The notes under the pieces are model-generated. The model saw only the letters and a list, made by a program, of their open reading frames with translations. It had not been told where the DNA came from and searched no databases. DNA of 64,000 bases from Carpediemonas membranifera BICM. Lineage: Eukaryota; Protista; Fornicata. Shown in pieces: positions 30,384 to 41,034 of the stretch. The stretch spans positions 382,373 to 446,372 of the forward strand of contig JAHDYR010000007.1 of the NCBI GenBank assembly GCA_019828565.1. Direction: 5' to 3'. Position 1 is the first letter of the stretch. Each line of letters opens with the position of its first letter. Both the position numbers and the translations under genes were made by a program.

Positions 30384-31130
30384 ATGTCGAAGCGACAGGA
30401 GCTGGCCAGAATCCAGCACAGGCTACAGAATGTGAACATCCCCGTGCTAGAGTTCCTATGTAGTTTCCAAAGTAGTTTCCGGAAATACGAGGAGAGTCGC
30501 AAGGAGGCTCAGACCGAAGTTAATACCAAAATTGAGAGTCTGAAGACGGAAATTGCCTCAGTGGACGAGAAAATCGCCACAGTGAGTGAAGAAATAGCGG
30601 CCAAGAAGAAGGAACGCGAATCCAAGTGCGAGGCGTCGAAGCAGAAACTTGCATCTCTCCAGAAGGAGGTCGAGACGCTCCGGAAAGCCCAGCAGCAGGC
30701 AGACGAGGCCAGCCGCACAGCCATCACCCAGTTCCAAGCCCCAGCCATGGCCACGCCCGGTCTTGCCAGCCAGCCGCTTGACAGTCAGCAGCTACTTGCA
30801 TCCGTGGCACAGCTCCTCAGCGGCAGGTTTGGACCAGTCCAGGGCCGTGCTGTGGACGTGACGCCCGAGGACAAGCGGCACCGGCACCGTGGCCGGTATG
30901 TGCCGCAGTTCAGCTCGGTCGACGAGGACGAGTACGACGAGGGCGAGAGCCTGGGGTCCTACGACACGGAGGAGACCCCACCGCCCAAGCCGACCCGGGC
31001 CGTGACCAAGAGAGCAAACCCGAGGAAGGCGCCCAGGAAGCTCAATAGGCCCGCGCCTGCGAGGAGGACGGCGACTCCGCTCCCGGCACAGTTCATGCCC
31101 GGCATCTTCGACAACTACCGGTACAGATAG
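30384..31130 (+). CDS. Coiled-coil hypothetical protein
   Basis: N-terminal coiled coil and low-complexity acidic/basic tail. Confidence 0.7.
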   Translation: MSKRQELARIQHRLQNVNIPVLEFLCSFQSSFRKYEESRKEAQTEVNTKIESLKTEIASVDEKIATVSEEIAAKKKERESKCEASKQKLASLQKEVETLRKAQQQADEASRTAITQFQAPAMATPGLASQPLDSQQLLASVAQLLSGRFGPVQGRAVDVTPEDKRHRHRGRYVPQFSSVDEDEYDEGESLGSYDTEETPPPKPTRAVTKRANPRKAPRKLNRPAPARRTATPLPAQFMPGIFDNYRYR

Positions 31131-31313
31131 CCCGGGCGTGTGACGGTGCAAGGACTGTGGCCCGGGCTCTGCGGTTGGACTGCAGAGCACTGAATGGACT
31201 TATAATGATGTGTAAATGCTGGCGCAGATCAGTTGCTGGCCGTAGCCGAGCATCTGTTACCAGAGCTTAGATTCGCATTTTAAGGACAGCTTCTGCGTGC
31301 TATTGAAGGGTCA

Positions 31314-31570
31314 AACAATGTGTTTATACTGCGCAACACTGCCCTGCTGCAGAGAACATCCTGTGGCGTTCTCTTGCCACGGAAGATGAGCTCAGTGGCT
31401 CTCCGTTCAGTCGCACATCGATCCCGCGCCTTCCAACATCATTCCAGTATCATCAATTGGCTAACCGCCAACATTCGTCTACGGACGGATGATGTTGTGC
31501 AGTTTGGCACTTTGATCGTTCCTTTCAGGCCCTGTCTGGAGGTTCGAACAATGTGTTTATACTGCGCAAC
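31314..31570 (+). repeat. Exact 24-nt direct repeat AACAATGTGTTTATACTGCGCAAC (31314-31337 and 31547-31570)
   Basis: Read directly from the sequence. Confidence 0.95.
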
Positions 31571-31599
31571 TCTCTGCAGCGTTAAAGTATTGTGTCGAC

Positions 31600-32256
31600 A
31601 TGGCTGAAAACGGCAAGATAGAGAGAAGTACAAGGGTATATTCCAAATCGATTCTATTTGGTAATGTAACGCGCCGCTTGGACACCTCAGTAGAGCCAGA
31701 GGCATTCACTCACGAATTCACAGTTTTTGTTCGGGGATTTGACAATCAGGATCTTTCATACCTGCTTAAAAGCGTGGAGGTCCTTTTACACGACTCTATG
31801 GACCGTCCCCATCGTGTTCTACGCAAGCCACCTTTCGAGACGTCATGCATGTGCTTTGCCGAGTCAGAAATCGCGGTAACACTCAATTTTGTGGACGAAG
31901 CGATGTGTGCGCCGGTGACCATCCGCTTTGTCTGTTTCCTCCACCCTCAAGTGAGCACCATCCGCCCCGACTTCTTCGTGAACCAGCTGGCCGACACACT
32001 GATCTTCCCATTCCCCCCCGTGCAGTTTGAACGTATCTTACTGGGTGGGCCGACCAGCAAGGTGACAAATAGCGAGCTGGACAAGCGTATGAGAGAGCAC
32101 AGCAAGCGGGCGAACCGGTCAGGCCACGAGGATCCGTCGCTCGGCTTCTGCAGCATGGCAGACCTCATCGCCATGGAGAAGGCGGACGGGGCGGCCATGG
32201 GGAAGACCATAGTGCGGTTGACGAAGGAGCTCGAGACCAAGAAGACCAAGGGATGA
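31600..32256 (+). CDS. YEATS-domain protein (Yaf9/GAS41-like)
   Basis: ILFGN, THEFTVFVRG, DLSYLLKSVEVLLHDSMDRPHRVLRKPPFE. Confidence 0.88.
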   Translation: MAENGKIERSTRVYSKSILFGNVTRRLDTSVEPEAFTHEFTVFVRGFDNQDLSYLLKSVEVLLHDSMDRPHRVLRKPPFETSCMCFAESEIAVTLNFVDEAMCAPVTIRFVCFLHPQVSTIRPDFFVNQLADTLIFPFPPVQFERILLGGPTSKVTNSELDKRMREHSKRANRSGHEDPSLGFCSMADLIAMEKADGAAMGKTIVRLTKELETKKTKG

Positions 32257-32401
32257 ACGAAGGCGGCTGTTGTTGGTTGACGGTAGCCTTGGATAAATGG
32301 GCCGATGGGCCACGACGACGTGGGAGTAGGGCAGAGTCGAGGGTTGGGGGCATTGGTTGATGGCCTCATTTTCATTCACACGAGAGCGTCGTCTCAACGC
32401 A

Positions 32402-34648
32402 ATGGGTGACGAAGGAGACGTGGTTCTTATCCAAAACTCATTATACTCACGGCCTTTCAGCCTGGATGACGAAAAACCCACAAGAGTGGACTTCCGTTCC
32501 AAGCAATTCGATGTTGACCTCTATATGCGCGAAAAGCTGGCGGAATACTCTGTAGAGAAGCTCCAGGGCGTCATTCAGACCATACGCGACGAGCTATCTT
32601 CCTCTACTGGCCAGCAACGGAACCTCATTGTCGCCGAGTTCGCTGGCTTCGTCGACTCGGTCATTGCACAGAAACGACTGGGTACAGAGATCGAAGAGTC
32701 CAAGTTCCACTCCCCCGCGTACAATAAGACCATCACCACGACCCTGGACAGCCTCCAGGGCCAGTGGGAGGTCGTGTTCCGACCGGTGCTCGACACGCGC
32801 CACCGTTGCGGGGATATTGAGCTCCTCATCGAGGCGATACGGTCGCACTCTGAGTACTTCAACCTCGTGCCGAAACTTCACGCCGCCATCGCCTCCGAGT
32901 CCTTCAGCCAGGTGACTGCGGTCCACCGCAGGGCACGGGGTCTCCTGAAGGCTACGAACTCACCCGCCCTCAAGGCTGCAGTCCAACCGGCCCTCAAGCT
33001 CCTCGAGACACACGCCGAGACCCTGAAGCAGGAGCTGCTGTGCCCTTTCAAGGCCAGCGACCGGGGCCGGCGTGACGACATCATCGCCCTGCTGACCGAC
33101 CTGGGCGTTCAGGAGGACCCGGTGCCCGCCTTCCTCCGCTCGGCCCACCAGCACCTCAGGCGGGCCATGGAACTGGCCGACGGCGACGTCTCCGCGGCTC
33201 CCGAGTGGTGTGCGGCGATCGAGTCCCTCCACCGGGCCGCATCCATGCACGGGCCGGGCAAGATGTCGCAGAGATCCGCCGCCACAGTCCGCAGGGAGGG
33301 CCTGCCGCTGTACCCGCCCCTGGACGAGGGCATGATGGAGGAGCTCGAGGTGGAGACCGCGAGGGCGATGATGGAGGTCATCGACGAGTGCCCAGAGGTC
33401 GACGTCGCCCTCCGCACCGCCATAGCTGCCCAGACTGTCATCGGCTGCCTCCCCGCCCCCGTCCCGGCCGAGCTGGAGACCCTGCGGCATAGGCTGACTG
33501 GTGTCGTCGTCCAGAACTCTATCGAGCGTGAGGTCGGCAAGATTGAGACACGACTGGGGGCGGACTTCAGCGACTGGCGTGTGGGCGATATGTACCGCAA
33601 GATCTTCTACACCATCGCTGATACGATCCCACCCGCGGCAGCAGACGACATCTGCCGGTCAGCGTTCGTACAGACAGTGGACAAGCTCGCGGCCACGATC
33701 GAGCGAGTGTCCCTCGGCGTGCAATCCGAGGCCGACGACGAGGTGCTCTCCTCCGCGGCCTCCACCTTCAGCTCGGTGGCCAGCAGCGCCAGCGGCCTTA
33801 GCTGGGACGGCCCGGCCGACACACACCTGCTCCCCGGGGTTGTCATGCTGACGGACATCAGGCAGACCGTGGTTCCAGAGGCCTGCCGCGTCCTATCCCG
33901 CCAGTTCAAGCTCACAGTCAGGAACAAGAAGGTCGCCAAGGAGCTGGAGCCCGCCGCCGGCCCTGGCCTTGTGTTGTCACCGTCCTTCATGACGGTGGGC
34001 ACGCCTACAGGCAAGCAGACGCACCGGTCACACCAGAGCCGTATGAACCTGCCCCGCGTGTCCCAGGGCCCCGAGTTCGAGGAGGAGGACGTCGCCACGG
34101 CCGCCCTGTACGAGGCTGAGGCGCGGCTTCTCGCCAGGTTCATCTCCTCCCGCGCCGTGGCGGTCCATACGGTCGTGTCCGAGGCCCTTAGACCCACTGC
34201 CATCGACACCACCGTCGCCGTGGTCGACGGGACCGCGGAGATACCAGGGTACGCGGCGGACACGCTCCTGACCATCTCAGTGGCCGCCGCCGAGTGCGAG
34301 ACGGAGGGCCTGTCCGCTGGGGTCGGGGCCGCCATCGCCGCCCAGCTCATCGCGGCCGCACTCCGGTCGATGCTGTCGTGTGTGACTCAGCGCCACATCA
34401 ACCGGAGGGAGGCCGTCGACATCTACCTGGTGGCGACGTTCTTCGCCCGGCTGGCCACCACCGGCAGCATCGTCGTCAGAGATCTGCACGCCCGGCTGGC
34501 ATGCTTTATCGCCGACGCCACGGGCCTTGCGGGAGTGCCTGAGCTGGAGCGGGAGTGCAAGGCGCTGCACAGCCAGCCGTGTGACGGCATCATCGACGCC
34601 ATGATGACCGCGACCAAGCTGTATTGCCAGTGTCTCGGGGCCGCGTGA
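32402..34648 (+). CDS. SEC5: Exocyst component Sec5/EXOC2-like
   Basis: FDVDLYM...LIVAEFAGFV...VFRPVLD...YFNL...HRRARGL follows the Sec5 N-terminal pattern; related CATCHR subunits such as Vps51 are not fully excluded. Confidence 0.7.
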   Translation: MGDEGDVVLIQNSLYSRPFSLDDEKPTRVDFRSKQFDVDLYMREKLAEYSVEKLQGVIQTIRDELSSSTGQQRNLIVAEFAGFVDSVIAQKRLGTEIEESKFHSPAYNKTITTTLDSLQGQWEVVFRPVLDTRHRCGDIELLIEAIRSHSEYFNLVPKLHAAIASESFSQVTAVHRRARGLLKATNSPALKAAVQPALKLLETHAETLKQELLCPFKASDRGRRDDIIALLTDLGVQEDPVPAFLRSAHQHLRRAMELADGDVSAAPEWCAAIESLHRAASMHGPGKMSQRSAATVRREGLPLYPPLDEGMMEELEVETARAMMEVIDECPEVDVALRTAIAAQTVIGCLPAPVPAELETLRHRLTGVVVQNSIEREVGKIETRLGADFSDWRVGDMYRKIFYTIADTIPPAAADDICRSAFVQTVDKLAATIERVSLGVQSEADDEVLSSAASTFSSVASSASGLSWDGPADTHLLPGVVMLTDIRQTVVPEACRVLSRQFKLTVRNKKVAKELEPAAGPGLVLSPSFMTVGTPTGKQTHRSHQSRMNLPRVSQGPEFEEEDVATAALYEAEARLLARFISSRAVAVHTVVSEALRPTAIDTTVAVVDGTAEIPGYAADTLLTISVAAAECETEGLSAGVGAAIAAQLIAAALRSMLSCVTQRHINRREAVDIYLVATFFARLATTGSIVVRDLHARLACFIADATGLAGVPELERECKALHSQPCDGIIDAMMTATKLYCQCLGAA

Positions 34649-34758
34649 GGCGTCTGTTCAGTATAAAGTAGCTTGGTTTGGCATAGGACCACTGACGACA
34701 GAGTGTGCTCCGCCCTAATCAACTGAAAATTTTGATCGTACGGGAAATCGAGTCCAGT

Positions 34759-35856
34759 ATGTCGCTCTATGAGGAGGCTGGAGACGAGTTGGATGAGTTG
34801 AATGGGCTTGAAAAAGCGTTGGGAATGAATAGCATCGGACTGGACGATAGCCATGAGCAAGAAGCCATAGTTCGCTCCATGAAGGCATATGCGTCTAATT
34901 CTGAGGGCCTTGTTGCGCCCAGAGGGCACAAGGGTATGTACTCTTCTTCTACAATGGAGGAGGACAGGCAACGTGCATCTGACGAGTACGATCTCGCCGC
35001 CCAGGCTCGGGCCCGCTTCCTGCGTCGCAAGCAAACGCTCGATGATGAGTACGATCGTGCTCGCAAGGCCGCTGAGGAGTCAATCCAGAAGGAGGAGAGG
35101 GCTACCCGTGACCAAATCGGCAAGATCAAGGCCCTTGAGGCACAGCTTAGTACTCTCCTCGGCAAGACGGAGGAGGCCGAGAACCAGCTCGAAAAGCTGG
35201 AGACACAGGCCCGCAAGGCAGACGGAAGCACACAAAAGGAGGTTGGCGCGCTTAAGGCAGAGATTGCTGACGTCGAGGCCGAGACAGCCCGGGTGGAGGG
35301 CCGCATCGAGAGCCAAGAGGCCGAGCTCGACCGGCTCCGGCAAATAGTAGAGATGCGGGCGGTCGAGCAGAGGGAGGCGCACACTAGGACACGGGAGCCG
35401 CCCGCCCACGCCGGGCAGCAGTCGGCGGTGTCGGACGAGTACAGGGCAGTGCTCGCGACCCTGCCCTTCCCCAGCGCCGAGGACCTGGCGCGGGCCATAG
35501 AGGACGACGCGAGGCACTACTGCATGGGCCGCGAGACTGTGGTGAAGAACACGAACGACCGGACGGGCATCAAATACGACAGCGGCGCCAGGTCCGTGAG
35601 ATTCAGCAATAATACGGTGAAGCACATCCTGCCCGACGGCACAGAGGACGTGCAGTTCTACAACGGGGACCTGAAGCGGACGATGCCTGATGGCATCCAG
35701 GTCTACCTATACGCCGACGTCGGGACCTTGATGACGACGATGCCAGACGGTGTAGAGGTCTACCGGTTCAAGGCGGGGCAGGTAGAGAAGCACCTGACGA
35801 ACGGCCAGGTCGAGATCATCGATGTCACCGGGGAGAAGAAGATTGTGACCAAGTAG
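34759..35856 (+). CDS. Centriolar SAS-4/CPAP (TCP10 G-box) protein
   Basis: Coiled coil plus C-terminal repeats FSNNTVK..LPDG, FYNGDLKRTMPDG, MPDGVEVYRF..GQVEKH. Confidence 0.85.
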   Translation: MSLYEEAGDELDELNGLEKALGMNSIGLDDSHEQEAIVRSMKAYASNSEGLVAPRGHKGMYSSSTMEEDRQRASDEYDLAAQARARFLRRKQTLDDEYDRARKAAEESIQKEERATRDQIGKIKALEAQLSTLLGKTEEAENQLEKLETQARKADGSTQKEVGALKAEIADVEAETARVEGRIESQEAELDRLRQIVEMRAVEQREAHTRTREPPAHAGQQSAVSDEYRAVLATLPFPSAEDLARAIEDDARHYCMGRETVVKNTNDRTGIKYDSGARSVRFSNNTVKHILPDGTEDVQFYNGDLKRTMPDGIQVYLYADVGTLMTTMPDGVEVYRFKAGQVEKHLTNGQVEIIDVTGEKKIVTK

Positions 35857-36060
35857 ACCGGGTCGGTGTTGATACGTATATAAAGAGCCCGCCTGTGGTA
35901 AACACGGGTAAATGCGTAAAGCCGACTACAAGCATGTCACACCCGCTGAAGGTGAGACGTGCTTGACAGGTCTCGCCCCCCGGTTGCACATCTACCTCGG
36001 CAGCGTCAACCATAAATCGCATGGTTTCCCACTATATACAGGTTTATGAACATTTACCGT

Positions 36061-36816
36061 TTATATCCGCTTAACGACCATGGCGCCGCCCTTGACCGCA
36101 GTGAATACCCCGCCGAGCAGCAGGAAGAGGAGCGGTGTGATCACGTACGAATACCAGTCGAAGTAGTGCCCCACGGCGGACAGTGCGAAGACAGAGATGA
36201 CGACGGCAGCCAGGCTGGCATGGAAGCCGAGCACTACAGGTAGGGATAGCCCAAATCTCCGCCACATGGCGAGGAACGAGAGGGGCACCGTGGCGAACCT
36301 CAGGGCGTACACGAAGATATGGGTCCACATACTGCTCGACTCGAAGTACATGATGCCCGGGATCGTGTACGCCAGCACCAGGAACAGGGCCACGTTCCAC
36401 TCCCGCTGGTCGGGCTTGGTGGGGCTCTTGACCAGGGATTGTGGGATGATAGACCATTCGGACTGGCCCGCACGGATGCGGTTCTGGGGCAGGATGTAGG
36501 GGATCTTGAAGATGGTGAGGACGTACATGGCCAGCACGGAGCCGAGGAAGAAGAGGACAGGCGTGCCGACGATGGTCAAGCCGAGGGGTTCGTGGTTCTC
36601 CCATCCGCCCTCGTTCTTGAATATAAGCTCTGCTCCAGTGAGAGTAAGCTGAACGAGTTGTAATAGCTCCCAAAGGAAAAGCGTACAGAGGCTGAAGAAG
36701 ATCTCCTGGAAGTAGAGCATGACGACGAAGCCCATGAAGAAGAAAGAGTACGGCTGGTAGCCTGTGGTCTCAATCCAGTCCCATGCTCCTTCTACTGGGT
36801 CCCAAAAGAACGCCAT
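36061..36816 (-). CDS. Multi-pass membrane protein
   Basis: About 6-7 hydrophobic segments in 251 aa. Confidence 0.7.
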   Translation of the reverse strand: MAFFWDPVEGAWDWIETTGYQPYSFFFMGFVVMLYFQEIFFSLCTLFLWELLQLVQLTLTGAELIFKNEGGWENHEPLGLTIVGTPVLFFLGSVLAMYVLTIFKIPYILPQNRIRAGQSEWSIIPQSLVKSPTKPDQREWNVALFLVLAYTIPGIMYFESSSMWTHIFVYALRFATVPLSFLAMWRRFGLSLPVVLGFHASLAAVVISVFALSAVGHYFDWYSYVITPLLFLLLGGVFTAVKGGAMVVKRI

Positions 36817-37230
36817 TCGTTTCAGGGGATGAATATTGCATGTCAGACCTGCTGCTTGTCATGAGGCGACAAACCTGCACCAGCGTGGCTGGGGATGAGT
36901 GAAGCAATGATGGTGGTAGTGTCTGCGCGATGAAGGTCGACCATCGAGCGGGCCATTGTGTTGAGAGGCCAGTCCTTGCCCCAGAGGCCCCCCTTCCGCA
37001 CAGTCGGGAAGTCAACCACGGCGAACCGAGTTGACAAGATCTCGGCTGGCGCTTAGATGTTCACTGCGAGGCGGGTCCGACCAACCCTGTGTGGTGTGCC
37101 TCGCCATTGTTCCGGCAACCACCAACACACTCGCCACGGTTTGCGGCATGACCCGCTCTCGTCCGCCTAGCCGGAGCTATGTGCATGATATCAGTGGTAA
37201 GTCGGCAGCATTCCATCAAACATGTCTTTA

Positions 37231-37497
37231 TCACTCGTGCTGCCTGCTTCCAATGCCTATTCCGACGTGACCAGCCATTTGGCGCTCGTATTGAGCCAGT
37301 GCCTCTCGAACAGCTTTTCTCACGATCTCATCCACATCTTCTTGCTCCTCCTGCGGCTGGACGCCTCTGACGCGGCGAACCCAGGCATAGCTGTTGAGCC
37401 ACCTGCTCTGCAGGACCATATCGAAGACATATGATGTAACACTTCCAGCAATGAATGTTCCTGCAGTAGCTGCTACCAGTTGTCCTTTTCCGCCCAT
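37231..37497 (-). CDS. 88-aa small membrane-anchored protein with DVDEIVRKAV helix
   Basis: Same layout as the 5161 and 5658 genes; TGATAAA at the stop. Confidence 0.55.
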   Translation of the reverse strand: MGGKGQLVAATAGTFIAGSVTSYVFDMVLQSRWLNSYAWVRRVRGVQPQEEQEDVDEIVRKAVREALAQYERQMAGHVGIGIGSRQHE

Positions 37498-37886
37498 TCT
37501 TTCGGTGTGATGCGTTCGTGGTGGTCCCCGTGACTTCTACAGTCGCCCTTTCAAAACACGGCCCCGCAGCGAGAGGGCGCTGGCAGGCACCTCTCTTTGC
37601 TCCGCGAGCCCTCCCCCGCTCATCCTGCTCACATGACATATTCTGCGTAATCGTGAGGACGACGTGTCCAACGCGCCACGGCCTACTTCCTCATGCATAC
37701 GTGCTCTACACGCGGGTTATCAGCGGATGTGGCTCTCCTCTGTCTCCACTGATGTACGACGCGCGAGCTAGGCACTCGAGCCTCAGAGTCGAATGGAGTC
37801 GGTCACAGGAGCGATCGTCACGGTGACCATGTCAGGCCCAGTGCGACGCGAGATCGCGATCCAGATCCATTTTGGTTCAGAAGAAC

Positions 37887-38720
37887 ATGAACAACCCAAG
37901 TTTCGCTGAACAGCTGGCAACGAGCCGCCAGTACTTTGAAACGTCGTCGCAATCGCTCCTGGCGCTCGTCCAGGAGATCAGTATGCGCATTCCGGACTCT
38001 AATGAGAAGCAGGTGCTCATGACCGCCGTCCAGGACAAGCTGCAGCAGCTGGAGGACACCGGCACACTCCTCGACGACTTCCCCGCTCTGGCCAAGGTTC
38101 TCTTCAACCTCCGCCGGGCCGAGCTGCAGGTCGTCCTCCCCGACAGCGTCTCTGTCCTCGTCAAGGCCACCTACGCGGCCTTCCGCACCATCAAGAAACT
38201 GCGGGGAGTCGTTCACGACGACGAGACCACCAACCCCGCCGCGGTCAACAACCACCTCGACAAGGCCGCGTGCGACCGGTTCCTTGACAACATGTGCACG
38301 ATCATCATCGCCGTCCGCGAGCTGCCTCTCATCCAGGAGGTCTGCGGCCGGTCCGAGGAGGACGAGGGGGCCCCTGCCGATGATGCCGTCGAAGGGTAAG
38401 AGGTTGTCCAGCCTATGGTCGAGAGCGAGCCCGTGCCCGAGCCCGTGGAGCGGGCCTGCCCCGTCGTCCAGGAGGCCACGCTGCCCGAAGACACCGCGGA
38501 GCCCGAGCAGCCCGCGGAGACGAACGTCACAGTGAACCCAGATCGTGACGCCTGGTGGCAGAGCTCTGTGCTCTGGAAGACGGTCGCCGCAGGCACCCTT
38601 ACTGTCGGCGGCGTCCTCATGGTCGTCGTGCTGAGTGCGAAGAAGGACCCGACGAGGGTCCGGGTGAAGAAGGGCCCGATGAGGTCGTTCCCTATGAAGA
38701 AGTTCCCGGCCCGCCGCTGA
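37887..38720 (+). CDS. Putative tail-anchored protein with an internal in-frame TAA (38397-38399)
   Basis: Two ORFs in the same frame separated only by TAA within GG|GTAAGA; C-terminal TM plus basic tail. Confidence 0.6.
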
Positions 38721-38998
38721 GTAAAATGAGCCTGTGAACTGAGCTTCCGATCGATCAGCAGCTCCAGATGGTGGTCGGCTGGAACGTGCATCATTGCCTG
38801 TGGCGGCCGAGCTTGGCTCTTCGCTGTATGCTTACAGTTCCGGCGAGAGTTACATATCATGTATATCGCCGAGGCTGACAATCGCATGGCCTGAACGGAC
38901 TCAGGCAGGCAACCAGGACACACATAGCTCGCAAATTCCATTCTTATGCTCTTGATGCCACGGCAGGCGTCCTATCGAGCGTCGGTATCCACCGCGTC

Positions 38999-39820
38999 GT
39001 GGACAACCTAAGAACGAAGCCCGAGCTCGCCGCCCGGATCACACGGTCCTTCATTGCTCACGCCACTGTCTTCATCGCGCTCTTTTTGCTGCTCCACATC
39101 CTCGTAATCCCGCTCATCGCCCGTCTGACGGCGGTGCCTGAGGCCGTCGTGGAGGACGAGCGCCGTTTCTCCTTCTACTCGATGTCCCACTCGACCAAGC
39201 GCCTCGTGGCATTCACCGCAGTGGCCGTGCTGAAGTCGCTGATTCTCCTGCCTGTGTACCAGGCGTCTGACGGCATTGCACGCGCCTACTACGCCGCCTT
39301 CGCCGCAGAGCCCTTCGAGCCGCCGCGCCGCGCCCCCCTCGCGCAGTTGGCACTCACGCTGATCAATGGCACGGTGCGCTTCATCGTCACCTTCTCGCTC
39401 GTGCTCATCGCGGTCGGTCTGTCATGGCTGCCGCTCGTTGGGACGGTCCTCTATGTCGCCGTGCTGTCGTGGCGCATGTCCTTCTTCTTCCACTCCGCCC
39501 TGTGGGACCTGACGCCCGCGGGCACGTCGCTGCACTACAAGACCATGCAGATCGAGACAAACTGGGCGTACCACCTCGGCTTCGGCGTCCTGGCGTCCAC
39601 CTTCATTTTCATCCTCCCCACCGAGGCCGGAGACCTCCTCTTCGGCCTGGGCCACCCCGTGCTGTGCCTCATCGCTGTGTCCACGCAGCTCAGTCCCCTC
39701 CCACCGGGGGACGGCTCGCCGCTGGCCCTGCCCATATTCAACCTGGGCAACCTCGCGGGGGATGCTGTGCTCGCGCATATGCCGAAGCCGGTCCGCGCGG
39801 CGCTGGCGGCGCTCGAGTGA
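38999..39820 (+). CDS. EI24/PIG8-like membrane protein (5' end unresolved; frame open back to ~38880 with no ATG)
   Basis: Multiple TMs; IETNWAYHLGFG resembles the EI24 ERNWPYYFGFG motif. Confidence 0.7.
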   Translation: MDNLRTKPELAARITRSFIAHATVFIALFLLLHILVIPLIARLTAVPEAVVEDERRFSFYSMSHSTKRLVAFTAVAVLKSLILLPVYQASDGIARAYYAAFAAEPFEPPRRAPLAQLALTLINGTVRFIVTFSLVLIAVGLSWLPLVGTVLYVAVLSWRMSFFFHSALWDLTPAGTSLHYKTMQIETNWAYHLGFGVLASTFIFILPTEAGDLLFGLGHPVLCLIAVSTQLSPLPPGDGSPLALPIFNLGNLAGDAVLAHMPKPVRAALAALE

Positions 39821-39881
39821 GGGCAGTCGTTGGATAAGTCGTGCCCGCAGGATATGGTCCAGAGATACGACCGGAACCCGA

Positions 39882-41034
39882 ATGCAGCAAGGAGTGAGCA
39901 AACTCGCAGCTCCATACGACTATTCGAACGGCGACCGTGTTCAGAAGAGAAACTGTGCAGTAGACATCATTTCATTCCTCCACCAAGAGCTTATCCGCGA
40001 GCGCGTTCCGATCCGCGAGAATAGCCACGTGAAACCGTATATTAACACCATAGAGAGCGACATGCGCACGCTTAACTCCCTCTTTGAGAATATCGATGAG
40101 CCTCCCGTCCACATCGCCGACTTTCAGGAGGAGATGGAGAAGGACGACGATTACGAGGGCGCCACGAGCACCGAGATGAACGTCCGCAACGTGTACCGAT
40201 TCATGGGCTTCAACAAGACCGTGGACATGCCCTCGATGTCGACCTCCGAGGAAATCCCCCGGCGCCGTATCTCCTGCATGTGCTCGCCCCTCCACGCCAC
40301 CGGCCTGTTCCTCGACCTCGCCAACCAGGCCAAACGGAGGTTGTACGCCCGCAACCACCGCCAGGAGGTGATCGTGCGGCACATGCCTGAGTGGGTTGGT
40401 TACTTCCTCGCCCTCGTCGAGCTCAAGAACGGCCTCATCGACACCGCCGCGGGCCTCGCCAAGGAACTCGGTCTCCATCTGCCTCCCCCGAGCGTCAGGA
40501 CGGCGTGGGGCCCGCTGGGTTACGACTCCGAGGCCGTCACGTCGCCCCCTAGTCGTCGAGCGCACGCTCCTCGACCCCGCGCGCAGGTCCAACCTCATCC
40601 AGACCATCCCGGTCGACCCCCGCATGTTCAAGCCCGTCCCCGCGGCCGCCCGCAAGACTGGCCGCGTGAAGACACCAAAGGCGTCCTCGGCGGCGGCCAT
40701 CCGGAAGAGGATCCCTGCGAAGAACCCCAAGATCACCTTCCAGCGGATGCCAGAGGCCACGCCCGACATCCCGATCACGCAGATGGCCGTCCCCAGCTGC
40801 TCCGCCTGGCCTGATGCCGGGGAGGGCGCGAACTCCATGTCCGGCCTGTCGTTCGGCCTCGGCACCCTCGACGTCGCGGCCAACCTCGGGCCGCCCGTGA
40901 CGCCGACCACGATCTTCACCCAGACGCCCGAGCGGATGGGCGCGTTCGGGCCGTCCTCCCAGAGCCAGCTGTACGTCGGCAGCCTCGAGCTCGACTGCTT
41001 CAACACGTCCATTGCGCATGCCGATTGTTTATAA
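39882..41034 (+). CDS. Hypothetical protein with a frameshift at the C5 run (~40545-40549)
   Basis: Coding-like codon usage switches frame at TCG CCC C CTA; removing one C gives EAVTSPLVVERTLL. Confidence 0.6.

Noticed and set aside
31494-31570. tRNA (77 nt, contains GGTTCGAA)
   Set aside because: No cloverleaf: T-stem, D-arm and anticodon arm do not form, and it folds better as a single hairpin
31314-31570. CRISPR array
   Set aside because: Only two repeats, a 209-nt spacer, no cas genes, eukaryotic context
14281-38399. TAA reassigned to Gln (hexamitid-type code) to explain the in-frame TAAs at 14281-14283 and 38397-38399
   Set aside because: TAA ends serC, pepD, Rpn2 and the sulfurtransferase at their expected C-termini, and long genes otherwise lack internal TAA/TAG
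40541-40552. Programmed frameshift in the 39882-41034 gene
   Set aside because: One extra C in a homopolymer explains it, and there is no slippery heptamer; most likely a sequencing error
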